Shown here one piece after another: positions 30,479 through 59,840 of a stretch of DNA of 64,000 bases. The DNA is from the human T2T-CHM13v2.0 reference genome, Homo sapiens: NCBI RefSeq assembly GCF_009914755.1, contig NC_060929.1; one strand, 5' to 3'. The notes under the pieces are model-generated. The model saw only the letters and a list, made by a program, of their open reading frames with translations, was not told the origin of the DNA and ran no database searches. The translations under genes were made by a program, and so were the position numbers. Numbering within the stretch: position 1 is the stretch's first letter; each line of letters opens with the position of its first letter.

Positions 30479-32187
30479 TAAAGAAAAGTCCTTAAAGTAG
30501 AAAATAAAGGCAACAGCTTCCAGCCCCTTCCCATCCCAGCTCCTATTCCAGGTCCCATGAAAGGATATTCCTAATTATGGCATTCTAGAATTTGGATTGT
30601 GATTAGCAATGGCTGTGGTGTTAGTGACCATTTTTAGACAAGGTGTTGACTCAGCTGAGGCCATGACAAGGGTCTTTTCCTGGCAAAGTTGACAGGCTTG
30701 GATTCAATCTCCAGGCACCACCCAACATGAAAGATGAGCCGGCCACAGCAGTCATATCTGTTACCATGGCTCCAGTCCTCTTATAGTGTTCCCTCCCCTG
30801 TTTCTGCTTTCAGAGCTGGGCCAGGTCTTCACCAGGCACCTCAGATTGTTACATCAAGGGTCGGGGCTTACTTCCCACTGGCCCATTAACTAAGATCCTC
30901 TCTGGGAAATAGTAGTCCAACTACTATTGGCTCGATCTCTTTATGAAGTCTGGATTTTCAGTATCATACTATTCAACTTTTGTTATAACAATTTATAAAC
31001 AGGGAGACACGTGCTTCCCTTTCCTTATTTGCCATGGAAAGATAATACAATAATATCATTTAGGAATATCCCCAAACAACAATTCTCTATTGTCTTATGC
31101 TTATTTGGCCAAGAGTAGGTGAAGCTAACACATTTAAAAATAAAAGCTATACTGTACTTAAAAAAAACTCAAACACTTGAAATGTCCACAACACTTGAAA
31201 GAGTCTTGTAACAATTATCCAACAGAGCTACTGACTCCACATTTTACCCTATTCATCTCAGCCTCCTAAAGCAGAGGTCTACAGGAAACACTGAGGACAC
31301 ACTATGTATGATGACGGAGAAAGGAGTAAGTATCACCATAGACAATCAAAATAATAGAACTAATAATGACAGAAAATGATGATGAAAAAATGGTTCAACA
31401 GGCCACCATGAGAGAGTCTTTTTCCCACTTACCACCACCTCTACCTGCAAGCATCACTGGACTTCATGCTGAGAGCTTCAGTGGGAGAATTGGAAAAGTT
31501 TAAAAAGTAGGAAATATGAATGGGGCCAGAAAAAGTTTAGGCTACTGCGCTGCTGAAGCCCAGGATGCTGTCTGCCCAGGATGCATTCTTAATTCTGGAG
31601 AGAACAAGGGTGCTGGAAAGGCCCAGTCAGAGTTGGAAAGTGGGTTAAGGTTTTACTCTGAGTTCAACAGCAGTTGGGGGAATTAGCCCATTTCAGGTTT
31701 CTTCCTATGTGGCCTGGTTTGCTCAGTAGGAGGGGAGAAGAGGTAGGGATTCTTTGAGATGTAGTATATAATGAAGAAACCCAAAACTGAAGTGCAAACA
31801 CAAGAAGTTACAAAAACGATTGCAAACATTAATTTGCATCTTCTTATTATTAAATAAGTGCCACAATACTGCCAGAAATAATAATGCACAGTAAAACCTT
31901 TGAAATGACTAATTTTCATTTTGTAGAATTTGCTCTGGCTATAAAATATATTAATATTTGTGTGTGTGTGTGAGTGTGTGTGTATCTACATACATATAAA
32001 CAGCCATCATACGGAAAACTTGAAAGCAAATTTTTAATATGGAAGCTCAAAAAATTTAAGCATTATATAAAAAATAAGTGTAATCTATGGAATATGTACC
32101 ATCTCATTAATAGGCATGGTTAAATGTCTCCCCTCTCCCTGCATTTTCTAGGTGAAGTCAAACAGTATTATTGCTGGTAGCAATTCT

Positions 32188-32842
32188 TATTTTTGAGACA
32201 GGGTCTCACATTGTTGCCCAGGCGGTAGCGCAGTGGTGCAACGAGAGCTCACTGCAGTCTCCACCTCCCAGGCTCAAGCGATCCTTCCACCTCAGCACCC
32301 CAAGTAGCTAAACCCACAGGGGTGAGCCACCACACCAGCTAATTTTTGTTTTTGTTTTTTGTAGAGACAGTGTTTCGCCATGTTGCCCAGGCTGGTCTCA
32401 AATTCCTGAGCTCAAAAGATCTGCACACCACACGCAGCCTCTCAAAGTGCTGCGATTATAGGCATGAGCCCCCACCCGACCTGGTAGCACTTCTTGCTCC
32501 TTCCTTCCTCCCTTCCTCCATTTCCTCCCTCCCTCTTTCCTTTTCTTTCCTTTCCTCATTTCCCTTTCCCTTTCCTTTCCTCCCTTCCTTTCCAGACAGC
32601 CCTGTTGCCTAAGCTGGAGTACAATAGCGTGTGCAGCCTCAAATTCCTGGGCTCAAGCAATCCTCCCACCTCAGCCTCCCAAGTAGCTAGGACCACAGGT
32701 GAGCAACCAACCAAGCCTGGGCTAATTTTTTTTTTTTTTTTTCAGTAGAGATGGGGTATTGCTATGTTGCCCAGGCTAGTTTTAAACTCCTGCCCTCAAG
32801 TGATCTTCCTGCCTTGGCCTCCCCAAGTATTGAGATTACATC
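32188..32842 (-). mobile_element. Two AluJ-type elements separated by a CT-rich tract (about 32490-32592)
   Basis: Antisense Alu bodies with ggctcaagcgatcc (AluJ diagnostic). The polypyrimidine tract probably derives from an A-tail. Confidence 0.85.
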
Positions 32843-33009
32843 TTTCTTTAGATTAAAAAAAAAAAAAAAGTAGTCCAGCTGCATTGGTACCAGCAAAACT
32901 TACTTCCTAAGCTACACACAGAAGTTGTCTATAATTAGAAAATGAAAATTTTTAAGATACAATTATATTTATCCAACTGAACATTAAGGGGGAAAAATCA
33001 TTCTGTGTC

Positions 33010-33604
<595 letters not shown>

Positions 33605-35181
33605 TATGCTGTGTCATATTGTGAGCCCAGAAGAACTTCTGTACCTCAGTATCTTGTTAAACTAATAAGTACCACTCAGTTCATTAGTGCTATATGCAGT
33701 TTTCAGTTAGGGAACTAATGATACGGAGGTACAACATTCATAATGTTTCTCTTTGGCATGTTATTTACCTCTTGTTACCTATTTTGATATGTGTTTGAAT
33801 AAATGATTCATCATCACTAATTTCTGCTGTCAGACCTACTAGTCACCCAGGTCTGACTTGAATGGAAACGAGAATGTAAAAGTGAAGTGGTCTGAGAATG
33901 ACAGCCTTTCTTGAAGGGCAGGTGAAGGTTCAGTGACCTTTGGGCACACTGGTCCATTCGGGTGAATCACTGCTTTGGGGAGGCAATAGACCCTGTGGCT
34001 CATAAAACCTGATGATATTAAGAAGAGAGAAGGAATTCATAAATAGATGTCAGGGTCACTGCTACTTTAAAAATTCAAGTATAAGGAAAAAATATCATAT
34101 TTTAAAATGAATTACTAATGTTGTTTTTTTCTTTTAAAACTATGGAGGAAAACCTATACCATACAGATGTTCATTACTTATTCAATGTACACTACTGGGA
34201 GATAAATAGAACTGTTAGAATACAAAAATGCCAAGGGTAATTCAACTACTGCAGTGTAAGTGTGGCATAACTGATTCGTCATGACATACAATTTTCTAAA
34301 AGCTATTCTGTTAGAAGGCAATAAATGAGTGCATAAATGATTTATACTCTTCTGAACCACAGTTATTATTCAGTATTTTATTTTAAAAAATATATATACC
34401 CTATACTATTATGTTTATTCTCTGGAGTATAATAAAAACATAATTGAATTTGATGAAAAATAGACTTGATTCTAAATGTAGTATACAGCACATAGAGCTA
34501 CTTCCTTATTTGGTCCCTTGTGAAGATCAATGGTCACTTGAAGACGTTCTGCTCTAGGTTCGTTTTAATATATGGGCAATAAAATATTTTTAATTTAAAA
34601 ATTATATCCTATGTTCCATATTGTATTTTCTTTTTAACACTAACATCTGAGTTTTGACCTAATAACTATTTTTTAATGCAAAATACAATGTTTTAATCAC
34701 TGTTTTACTTTTAAATATGATTTATTTTTGACTAGGTTAGGCAAAAAATTAAGTATGAATGGTTCATAAATAAAAATAAGCAATCCAGAACAAAAGCATC
34801 AGAGTTCAGTGACTTGTTTTATTCTGATGGAGCCTAAATGCCATTGTGAAGGAAATGGTTTACCTTTTTAAAAATATTTCAATTTTTAAAACTATAACCA
34901 TCTCTGAAATTTAGGTAAATGTCTTGTTAATCTATTTAAGTAACACTATTTTCATTTGTAAGTTCCTTTGTGTTAGAAACTGCGTCATAAAATACATAAA
35001 TATATAACATGAAAGATATAAATACATAATTACCCTATAGTTATTTTATATTTATATGAAATATCAATTATACACTCTCAGTTTGGTTAAGTCTATCTCT
35101 AAAATACATATATAATGTGTATATATATAGGTATAGTATAAAGGGCAAATACAAATTAAAAATAAGAAGTTTAATTTTCCC

Positions 35182-36177
<996 letters not shown>

Positions 36178-37025
36178 ATATGCTATCTTTTGAATTTACT
36201 TATGCCCATTGTTATAATAAAGAACTAACTATTCTCACGTAAAGCAGAAGGAAAAATATCATAGGACCATTTCACTTACTTGGTTCAGTTTCTTTGGAAA
36301 TTCAAGGTAACTATATCTTAAATTTTAAAAAAAGAAATGCTATGTATCATTACACAATAGAAATTTTTACTGTGGTTTGCACATTTGTAACCTACATGAG
36401 GTAAATTAGAACCTTTGATCAAAAGGATGCAAATAAGTAACTGCCTGATTATAGGGTCCACAACTACATATGAAAACAGAGTCCTTTCTACCAAAGAACA
36501 CGTATTAATGAGAAACCATTGAGCTGTCACTGTTTCCCCCAGTATTTGGTAACACGACTTTTTGGGATAGGTGATGACTAATCTAGCATAACAACTCTCT
36601 ATAAAGTCTCTAGCCTCCTACTTAAGTGAGAAAGAATCATAAAATGACCAATATTATGCAAAAATAATTTATTTTAATGTTCTGTTTTTAGTAACTCAAG
36701 CAATCAGGGCCTTACACTCTAACCATATTAATGAAAATCCAGGACATCAACATTGACAAGCTCTAAGAAAACATTAGTGCCAATTCAATAAACTTTAATT
36801 GCCTATTTCAAGATAGTGCTTCTATTTTCTAGTCTTAAAAATACTACTCAGATAAAGACAATCATGTAAACTTTAAGTGAGAGGGGGGTCTAATCAATAT
36901 TTTGGGGGAAAGTTAATGATAATTAAAACCTAAAATTATCTAAGAGCAGGATACAAATAGACCAGGTAAATTTCATATAAGTGAAATGTGAAAACAACTT
37001 GTTTTAAATAATTAACAATATTTAC

Positions 37026-37156
37026 CTTGCAGCATTTTGTTCAATCTTTTCATCAATGTCACTGAAGATCTGCTCAAACTCCAAGTCTCCAGGAAATGAG
37101 TTTAACAAACAATGTAGGTCAAAAGAATTATGAGAATATTCATCATCCCAATCCAT
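37026..37156 (-). CDS. KIAA0825: KIAA0825 first coding exon (131 coding nt; exon starts 1 nt before the ATG, at 37157)
   Basis: Minus strand reads ctcag|A ATG GAT TGG GAT GAT GAA..., translating to [43 protein letters not shown], and ends AG|gtaaat. Canonical AG/GT sites; phase 2 joins the next exon. I recognise this N-terminus as KIAA0825. Confidence 0.93.
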
Positions 37157-37399
37157 TCTGAGGAGCAAGAATAAATAATAAAACATGTCAGTTCCCCCAC
37201 AATGGCCAGGGATAGGGGTGGGCAGAAATTCACCTCAAGTTGTGATACTAAACCAAAAATAGTAATTCCTATTTACAGGCACAATGAAATATAGCAGTTG
37301 GAGAACTAGGGTATTATAAAGCTAGGTAGAATGTTTCATTATTTAAATTTCATGAGGTGTGACCTAATTTTCGCACTTCTGTATTGTTTGAAAGCTGAG

Positions 37400-37733
<334 letters not shown>

Positions 37734-38049
37734 TTAAGCATCCTGCAGCTTCTCACTATAGCGAAGAACTGTACTGGAAGTGACAGAGCCCACAGACCAC
37801 TGTGAACAAGGGTGGGTGCAGCAAAAATTCAATACCTTCCCTCAACCTTTGTCAATATACTCACCTGGAAATTGTAGCCTTAGACTTTTTGAAGCTTCAC
37901 CCCACTGGGTCTATTTATATGTGAAAGATACAAAACTGTCCTTGAGTTTCTCTAGCACCCCTTGACAACCTCAGCATGGATACCTAACTAAAAACTGAAT
38001 GATATGATACTCCTTCTTGAGGCACATGTATTTCCCCACCATCAAAGCT

Positions 38050-38370
38050 TTAATCATTCATTCTCTCTATATACTGAATGTTTGATAGGTTATATACACT
38101 GCTGTAGAGGCTGGGATATAGCTGCAATAAATTAAATTCCCTGCCCTCATGGAGTTTTTATTCTAGTGGGGAAGACAGATTTTTTACAAACACATAAACA
38201 GATATATTTAATCAAAAATCATACGGTGAGAAGTGCTATAAGAACAAGTAAAACATGGCAATGGGCTAGATTAAGAGTGATGGAGCAAGGACAGAGTGTG
38301 AGCTATTTTATTTAGGAATATCAGGGAAGGTCTCTGAGGAGGTGACATTTGAGAAGAAATAAGTGCAGAA
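38050..38370 (-). mobile_element. L2 3' fragment
   Basis: cattcattc...ccctgccctcatggagtttttattctagtggggaagacaga...tctctgaggaggtgacatttgag. Confidence 0.8.
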
Positions 38371-38399
38371 GCTATGGGGAAAGAAGTAAGTGGGAAAGA

Positions 38400-38616
38400 C
38401 AAACTAGCTTCTTGATTGCTTTGGCCAAGAAATGACTCTTACGACATCTGCTTAAATGTGGTTAAGAGCTCTCTAGTGAGAGCTAGTCACATGACCCTAC
38501 CTGGCTGCGAAGGTGTCTGGGAAATGCTGCCACTGGCTGGGCATTTGATTCCAGGAAAGCTGTATGCCATGAACGGAGATCACTAACCTTTGGTAGACAG
38601 CTAGCCTTTCTGCCAC
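38400..38616 (-). mobile_element. Old MLT1 (J/K/L-like) LTR fragment
   Basis: ctagtcacatgacc...gctgcgaagg...ctgggaaatg; the minus strand starts gtggcagaaaggctagctgtc. Confidence 0.55.
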
Positions 38617-38949
38617 TACCATTCATTTGGTTAAACTTGATTCTCCACTTTCATGCTATTGATTTGCCTCAAATGTCTAAATGATCCATGGTGATCCATT
38701 CTTATTTATTGACAAAGGACTAGGTTGATACATATTGGCAGCTAGCAAGGATTTTCTCTACCGTTAAGAGGTTGTTTTATCCAAAAGGTCCTATAACGCC
38801 AGAGCAGGAATGTTGATTCAGACGCTACATGAGTGAATGCTGTGTATCTATCAGTGGGTATCTCCTTAGGATTTGTGAACAGAAGCAAGCACATATCTGA
38901 TGATTTGCACAAGTGACCAACCAAGAGTACATTACAGCTACAGTGGAAT

Positions 38950-44173
<5,224 letters not shown>

Positions 44174-44811
44174 GAATAATTTATTTTTCTCACTGTGGAT
44201 TAGTTCTGCTTCTTTGTTCTTTCCCATGCCTTGGTAGAGGCCCAGAAGTAACCTAGAATCTGTTCTGCTTCTCATATTGTGTTCAACACTCATAGCTGTA
44301 TGTGCTAACCACCTAGATTTTCAACTTTGTTGAGAAAACATTTCAAGGAAGCAAATGCTATGGCATAATGAGAAGAAGGGGCTAAACTATTTGGCTGCTC
44401 ATAAACACTTCTTCAGAGCCTTCCCTCCTTGATGACTACCCTGTAGCCTACTTCATTCTGTTATTTTTGTCTTTGAAGTTGGCATTACTCCAGGGAATGG
44501 CTCTTACTACCATAGCAACTTCCTCTTTTGCATGTTGTAGAGTGTTGTTTCCATGCCTCCAGTTTATTCATTGGTCTGAGCCTCTTTACTTTCTATCTTC
44601 CAGAAATATCCCAATGGCACCTCAAATTTCTTTCAGGTTTGCTTTACTACATGTCTTTACTGACATTTCAATAGGATTTCAGGAGGGAAGAAAAGTAAAT
44701 ATATGTGCTTAGTCCTCTATCTTCAGAATTTTCTACCTTTTAATGTCTCATACTAAGGCAAATATGCAAAAAATTATGAGACTTTTGAACATCTGAAATT
44801 GATGTACAGAG

Positions 44812-50232
<5,421 letters not shown>

Positions 50233-50234
50233 CT

Positions 50235-53185
<2,951 letters not shown>

Positions 53186-53188
53186 AAA

Positions 53189-53836
<648 letters not shown>

Positions 53837-54679
53837 TTAAAAATGAGGCAGGTAGATTAGGCTCTCAGTTTTCTTCCAGCTATAAAATCGTGATGTTCTC
53901 TAAGAAACAGCATGAGAAGGACATATTTCTGAACCCAAATCAGCTCTTCAACGGACTTGACTATTTTGTTCATCAATACTACCATTTTTCTTGTCCCTTG
54001 GACTGTCAGAGCCACTTTTGACTTTTCCCATTTCCCTTCCCTAGGCACACAACACAGAAAGCTGAAGTAGAATCTACAGCTTAGCAAGAAATAATTTGTG
54101 AAAAAATAAAATGTGCGGCAGCAAGATATTCTTCTATGGTGATAGGAGAGATCCCCTGTATAATCCCTGAAACTCTAAGCTCCATAAAATATTCTATGAG
54201 GCAGTAATCTCATGTTCCCAGGTTCCCCTGACTTGGCAGACTCCTTACTCAACAAAAGATGTCTGAGACCAACTCAGACATCTTTATGGCATGCCATCAC
54301 ACGGAAAAGGGGTAACATTAGGGAATCATACCTTCACAGGCCATCATGTATTCTTGATCTATTTATTCCTTATATTCTCTATATTATTTGTATTATTCTT
54401 TGTATTGCTGGTTTGGTTTGTGTTGCTGGCTTGGTAATAAAGCAAAGTGAAAATAAACCGACCCGGTCACCATTCTTAAATATGCACCAGCCTTTTCTTC
54501 TGGCCTGGCTCATTTTTATTTTGCCATTCATATTTAGTCAGAAAGTAATATTCCTATATCATTTACAAAGTCCTGCCAAGATTAAAAAATTCAATATTTA
54601 ATTTTTACCAAATCTTGGAAAATATATGTAATTCAGTGATCTCATTCATTGAGACCTGGATTAAAGCTAAAATGGCTAA

Positions 54680-54744
54680 ATAATAATAGTAATGATAACA
54701 GCCGACTCTTTTGTAGCACTTATATGAGCCAGGCATTGTTCTGT

Positions 54745-54784
<40 letters not shown>

Positions 54785-54950
54785 TTCATTTAATTCTTAA
54801 CATAAACAGATAGATAATATTATAATCTTATTAAAGATATGGAAACTGAGGCACAGAATGGTTCATGACTTGTCCAAGGTCACTTAGATATGAAGTGGCA
54901 AAGCTGGGATTCCTATTGCTTCAAGGGCTGTCCTGAATCATAATGCTATA
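54680..54950 (-). mobile_element. MIR containing (TA)n at 54749-54781
   Basis: ggaaactgaggcacaga...gacttgtccaaggtcac...gtggcaaagctgggatt. Confidence 0.85.
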
Positions 54951-56076
54951 AATTGCCTCTCTATATAGACTTCAACTTTTACAAAAAATTAATATTTTAC
55001 CTCTTATATATGTTGATTTATTTTTCTGCCATATACATTTGACAGTTTTCCCTAGAACTATTATAAATGTCCTTCATTGTGAAATCTACATAATTGCAAA
55101 AACAAAAACAAAAAACAAAACATAAAAAACAACATCATCGACTTTTTTAAAGGCCAGAGCTTACTTGTAATATTTTAGGGTTGCCTGAAATTTCTTTCTT
55201 CTCATTAATTACTGGGAGTTGAGATTTTAATGTTTTAGCCTTCCCCCAATGACTACATAAACACTCCAGTGGATCTTAATTTGTTGATAGTCATTTAAAA
55301 CCCTTAGATATTGAAGTCATATTAGGAAACAAAGAACTTGTTATTCCATTCAATTTATTTTCTCAACTCTTATCTATATATTAGATTTTCTTATATAGAC
55401 TGCTATGCTTTCTGCTAATAACTGTGGAAGTTCTGATTACTATAATTATGTAAACTAGATTATCTATATATATCTGGTAAGTACTCGTATTAATATACTA
55501 TGACTATTAAAATTCCTCCATTTAAAATATAAGATACTCCACTGTAACTCCTATTAATTATTTATATATGTGTGTGTATGAAGTAGAAATTGACAGGATC
55601 AGTCAGAATACACTATTGTAGCTTGACAAGCAAACAGAATTAATTGTCATGTGATTTGCTCACCAATTCTGACATTGCTTTATTTTTCAATGCAGTTCTC
55701 TTTCTATATAATATTCTCATTTTAATAACTTTATAATTTTCAATATGCAATCCTAGCCATCTCTTGCTTTAATGGAAGGTGAAACCAAGATAATATAAAT
55801 TTTAATGTTAGCATTCCTTTATAACTGGCACTCATATATTTCACATGATTTCAAAGTCATAAAATTGCTGTATCTGTTGAGATTAGACCTAAATAATGTC
55901 ACAGATCATGAGATTAATGATATTAACTAATGAATTTTCAAGTATAGTAAAAGTTTATTAACTTGAAGATCTGCATTAGTAGAAAATTTAAGTTATGGAG
56001 CACTTTTTAAAAGGCAGTTTTGTATTATGTATCAACTGGGAATAATAATAAATACAGTTTATGAGACATCAATTAC

Positions 56077-56398
<322 letters not shown>

Positions 56399-57119
56399 AG
56401 ATGTCAATTACATTTTAAAGAAACTCTCTTTTAATAACTTAATAACAATGATTTGAACTTAGCATGCACTTTGTATCAAAATGCTTTCTTCTAAAGGATT
56501 TAAAGTTCTTAAATTAAGTTCCAAGAGTTTAAAAATTTCTCCTAAAATGTTAATAGTATTAATTAGCAAGTCATATTAATGTGGTACTATTTTCCTAAAA
56601 TATTGGTGACATTATTATTTAGCTTAACTTTAATTTGATTAAAACATCTACCCATTACAATACGCTTTTATGCCATCCAGAGCTTTGTTCCATGAATTAT
56701 CACCAGTCTTGTATCATCAATATCCCTTTCAGCAGACTATAAACATGTCCAAGCTTCTTACTTTTTAGAAACCAGCAAAACCTACCCTAGTATCCCTTAC
56801 TGTCATATCCCAGCTTCTCAAAATAGCAGTCTACATTTCCTGTGTTCTCACCTCTCATTTACTCCTCAACCCAGAGTAATAATTTCTGCCTCGAACCTTA
56901 CACTGAAATTGACAAAATATTTTTCAGTTCCTATCACGCTTAATCTCTTTGCACTATTCAGTACTGACAGCTACTCCTTCCTTGAAATTGTCTCCTCTCT
57001 TGACAATCTTCCTAAATAGCACGCCTTCCTAGTTTTCCATCTTGTCACTCACACCATTTATCTGTTTACCAGGCTCCTGGTAGGAAACATCATTTTGGGT
57101 AGCTGGCCAGATCACATTT

Positions 57120-57421
57120 CTTTTTTAATTAATTAATTTATTTATTTATTTTGAGATAGGGTCTGGCTCTGTTGCCCAGGCCTAAGTGCAGTGGCACGAT
57201 CACAGTTCACTGCAGCCTTGACCTCCTGGGCCAAGTGATCCTCCCACCTCAGACTCCTCCTAACTGGGACTACAGGCACGTGCTACCATGCCTGGCTAAT
57301 TTTTGTAGAGATTGGGTTTTGCCATGTTGCCCAGGCTGCTTTCAAACTCTTGGGCTCAAGCAATCCACATGACTCAGCCTTCAAGGTACTGGGCTTATGG
57401 ACGTGAGCCACCATGCAAGGC
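57120..57421 (-). mobile_element. AluJ
   Basis: cactgcagccttgacctcctggg and gggctcaagcaatcc. Confidence 0.88.
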
Positions 57422-57539
57422 TCCTTTCTTTTTTTTTTTTTTTTAAATCAATTATACAACATACAGATATACAATGAGGGTCCATTTCTGTGTGATGGGA
57501 TCTAACCCTAGTCATAATGGATTTAGGGTTAGACCATTA

Positions 57540-58316
57540 TGAGAGACAGGACTAGCTGGATTTCCTAAGTTGACTAAGAATCCCTAAGCCTAGCTGGGAA
57601 GGCGACCACATCCACCTTCAAACATGGGGCTTGCAACTTAGCTCACACGTGACCAATCAGGTAGTAAAGAGAGCTCACTGAAATGCTAATTAGGCAAAAA
57701 CAGGAGGTAAAGAAATAGCCAATCATCTATCGCCTGAGAGCACAGCAGGAGGGACAATGATCCAGATATAATCCCAGGCATTCAGCCAGCAATGGCTACC
57801 CTCTTTGGGTCCCCTCCCTTTGTATAGGAGCTCTGTTTTCACTCTATTAAATCTTGCAACTGCACTCTTTTCTGGTCCCTGTTTGTTATGGCTCGAGCGG
57901 TGCTTTTGCTCGCTGTCCACTACTGCCTTTGCTGCCATCACAGACCCGCTGCTAACTTCCATCCCTCTGGATCTGGCAGGGTGTCTGCCGTGCTCCTGAT
58001 CCAGGGAGGCGCCCATTGCCGCTCCTGATCAGGCTAAAAGTTTGCCGTTGTTCCTGCACAGCTAAGTGCCTGGGTTCCTAATTGAGCTGAACACTAGTCA
58101 CTTCGTTCCACGGTTCTCTTCTATGACCCACAGCTTCTAATAGAGCTATAACACTCACCGCATGGCCCAAGATTCCATTCCTTGGAATCCGTGAAGCTGA
58201 GAACCCCAGGTCAGAGAACATGAGGCTTGCCACCATCTTGGAAGCAGCCTGCCACCATTTTGGAAACAGCCCGCCACCATCTTGGGAGCTCTGGGAGCAA
58301 GGACTCCCTGGTAACA
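57540..58316 (+). mobile_element. LTR17 (HERV-W) full-length solo LTR
   Basis: tgagagacaggactagctggatttccta...gggagcaaggactccctggtaaca, 777 bp, with two CCAAT boxes and ATTAAA. Near 4-bp TSD atta/ctta. Confidence 0.93.
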
Positions 58317-58675
58317 CTTAGATGTATACTAAATGAATTTTGAAATTTGGAATGGAGGCAGGGATAAGACATCACTGGTGGTAAACCAGTCAAGTTAATT
58401 CCAGCCTCCCAAAAGCATGTGTATGAATGTTTTTTGGCTGAGGCCACTAGAACTGCAGTTTTTGCTCTTCCCTGATTACACACAAAGTTTTCATTAGGTT
58501 ATGTGAGATACACACAATAAATCTTCTCCATGCTCCACTGCCCAACACTTACATTTTTTTCCCTTAAAGTAACCACAGTAGTTTTTTGTGTTAAATTAAT
58601 AAATATTTTGATAGGCTTCTTTCCCATATCTGCCATTAAACACCAATATTCACCACAGGGTTCTCTCTAGACCTG

Positions 58676-59179
58676 TGATGAGGTTTAGGACATGTTACCG
58701 CAAAGTTTGGAGTACTCTGGCACTTGAGAAAACAGCAGAAACAGGAAAGTCTCTCTGACTTTCTTCCTCCCCTTCTTCTCTGAAGCAGATTGTAAAAGAA
58801 TTCTCCACCTTCCACTGAAGTAGGTCATAAGACCTTCATTCCACAAGTGCATTCCCTATACCGGGAAGAAAGCAATGTCCTTATCTCTGAAGACACAGAC
58901 ACACAGAGAAGGATCATAACAAACAGATCTTGCTAAATTCCACCAATTTATTATTAGATCATAGCCTTTTGTCATCCATCATACTTCTGCATGACTGTCC
59001 ATAAAAATACATAAGTTGTTCTGTTTCCTTAGGTCTTCATTTCTGAACGCTCCCATGTCATGTAAAACTTAATCAAATACATTTGTATGCTTTTCTCTTG
59101 TTAATCTGTCTTCTACTTACAGGATCCTCAGCCATGAAACTAAGATGGGAAGAAAGGATATTACTTTTTCTTCCCTACA
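58676..59179 (+). mobile_element. MER39/MER34-like ERV1 solo LTR
   Basis: tgatgaggtttaggacatgttacc...gagaaaacagcagaa...ttccctaca; TSD cctg/cgtg. Confidence 0.7.
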
Positions 59180-59305
59180 CGTGTATTCTTTTAAATACCT
59201 TTACTGAGCTTTCTTCAAGCAAATCAACTGCATTTTATATAATTTTACAAGAGTACTTTTATTTTATGTTTTCAATAAAACAATTTATATTGTTTTGGAA
59301 AATGT

Positions 59306-59710
59306 TGTAAAGGACTACAGGGTGCCAGGGAAGATCCCTTCTCTCCTAACTGTTGATCTTTACTATAGATTAACTTCCCTCTTACGTTTTCTATGCAAAG
59401 ACTTCATGACTATCACACTGTCTAAGATGGAATGTTAAATACTCTCTTTAAAATAGGACACAAAATGAAAACAAGTTCTTTGGAAATGAAAACAAACTAA
59501 CTAATTAAATTGTTGTAACTCATAAACCAGCCTTGTATAGAAAATGGAACAATCTTACTAAATATATTTTGTTTCCTACCTATATAAGCAAAACTTTAAC
59601 TGATCCCATTTCCCTGGAGTCTGTGTTTCTTGGATGGCTACTCCCAGTTTTTCACTTGAATAAACTGTTTAAAACTGGATTATGATCCTTTTGGTCATTT
59701 CAGCTTGACA
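59306..59710 (+). mobile_element. MER4-group ERV1 LTR (subfamily uncertain)
   Basis: cataaaccagccttgtatagaaaatg, tatataagc, aataaac; ends ttcagcttgaca. Confidence 0.6.
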
Positions 59711-59840
59711 CTATCATCTCTATGATGAAAATTCAAAGTCTCTATCTATAATTATAGTCCTTCCTCCAAAACTCCCATACATATTTCCAAGTACTTACCA
59801 GACAATTCCACATCACTGATTCGAAGGTTCTTTAAACTCA

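Noticed and set aside
54212-54601. 129-aa ORF with hydrophobic segments
   Set aside because: The hydrophobicity is explained by T-rich composition. No recognisable homology or gene structure.
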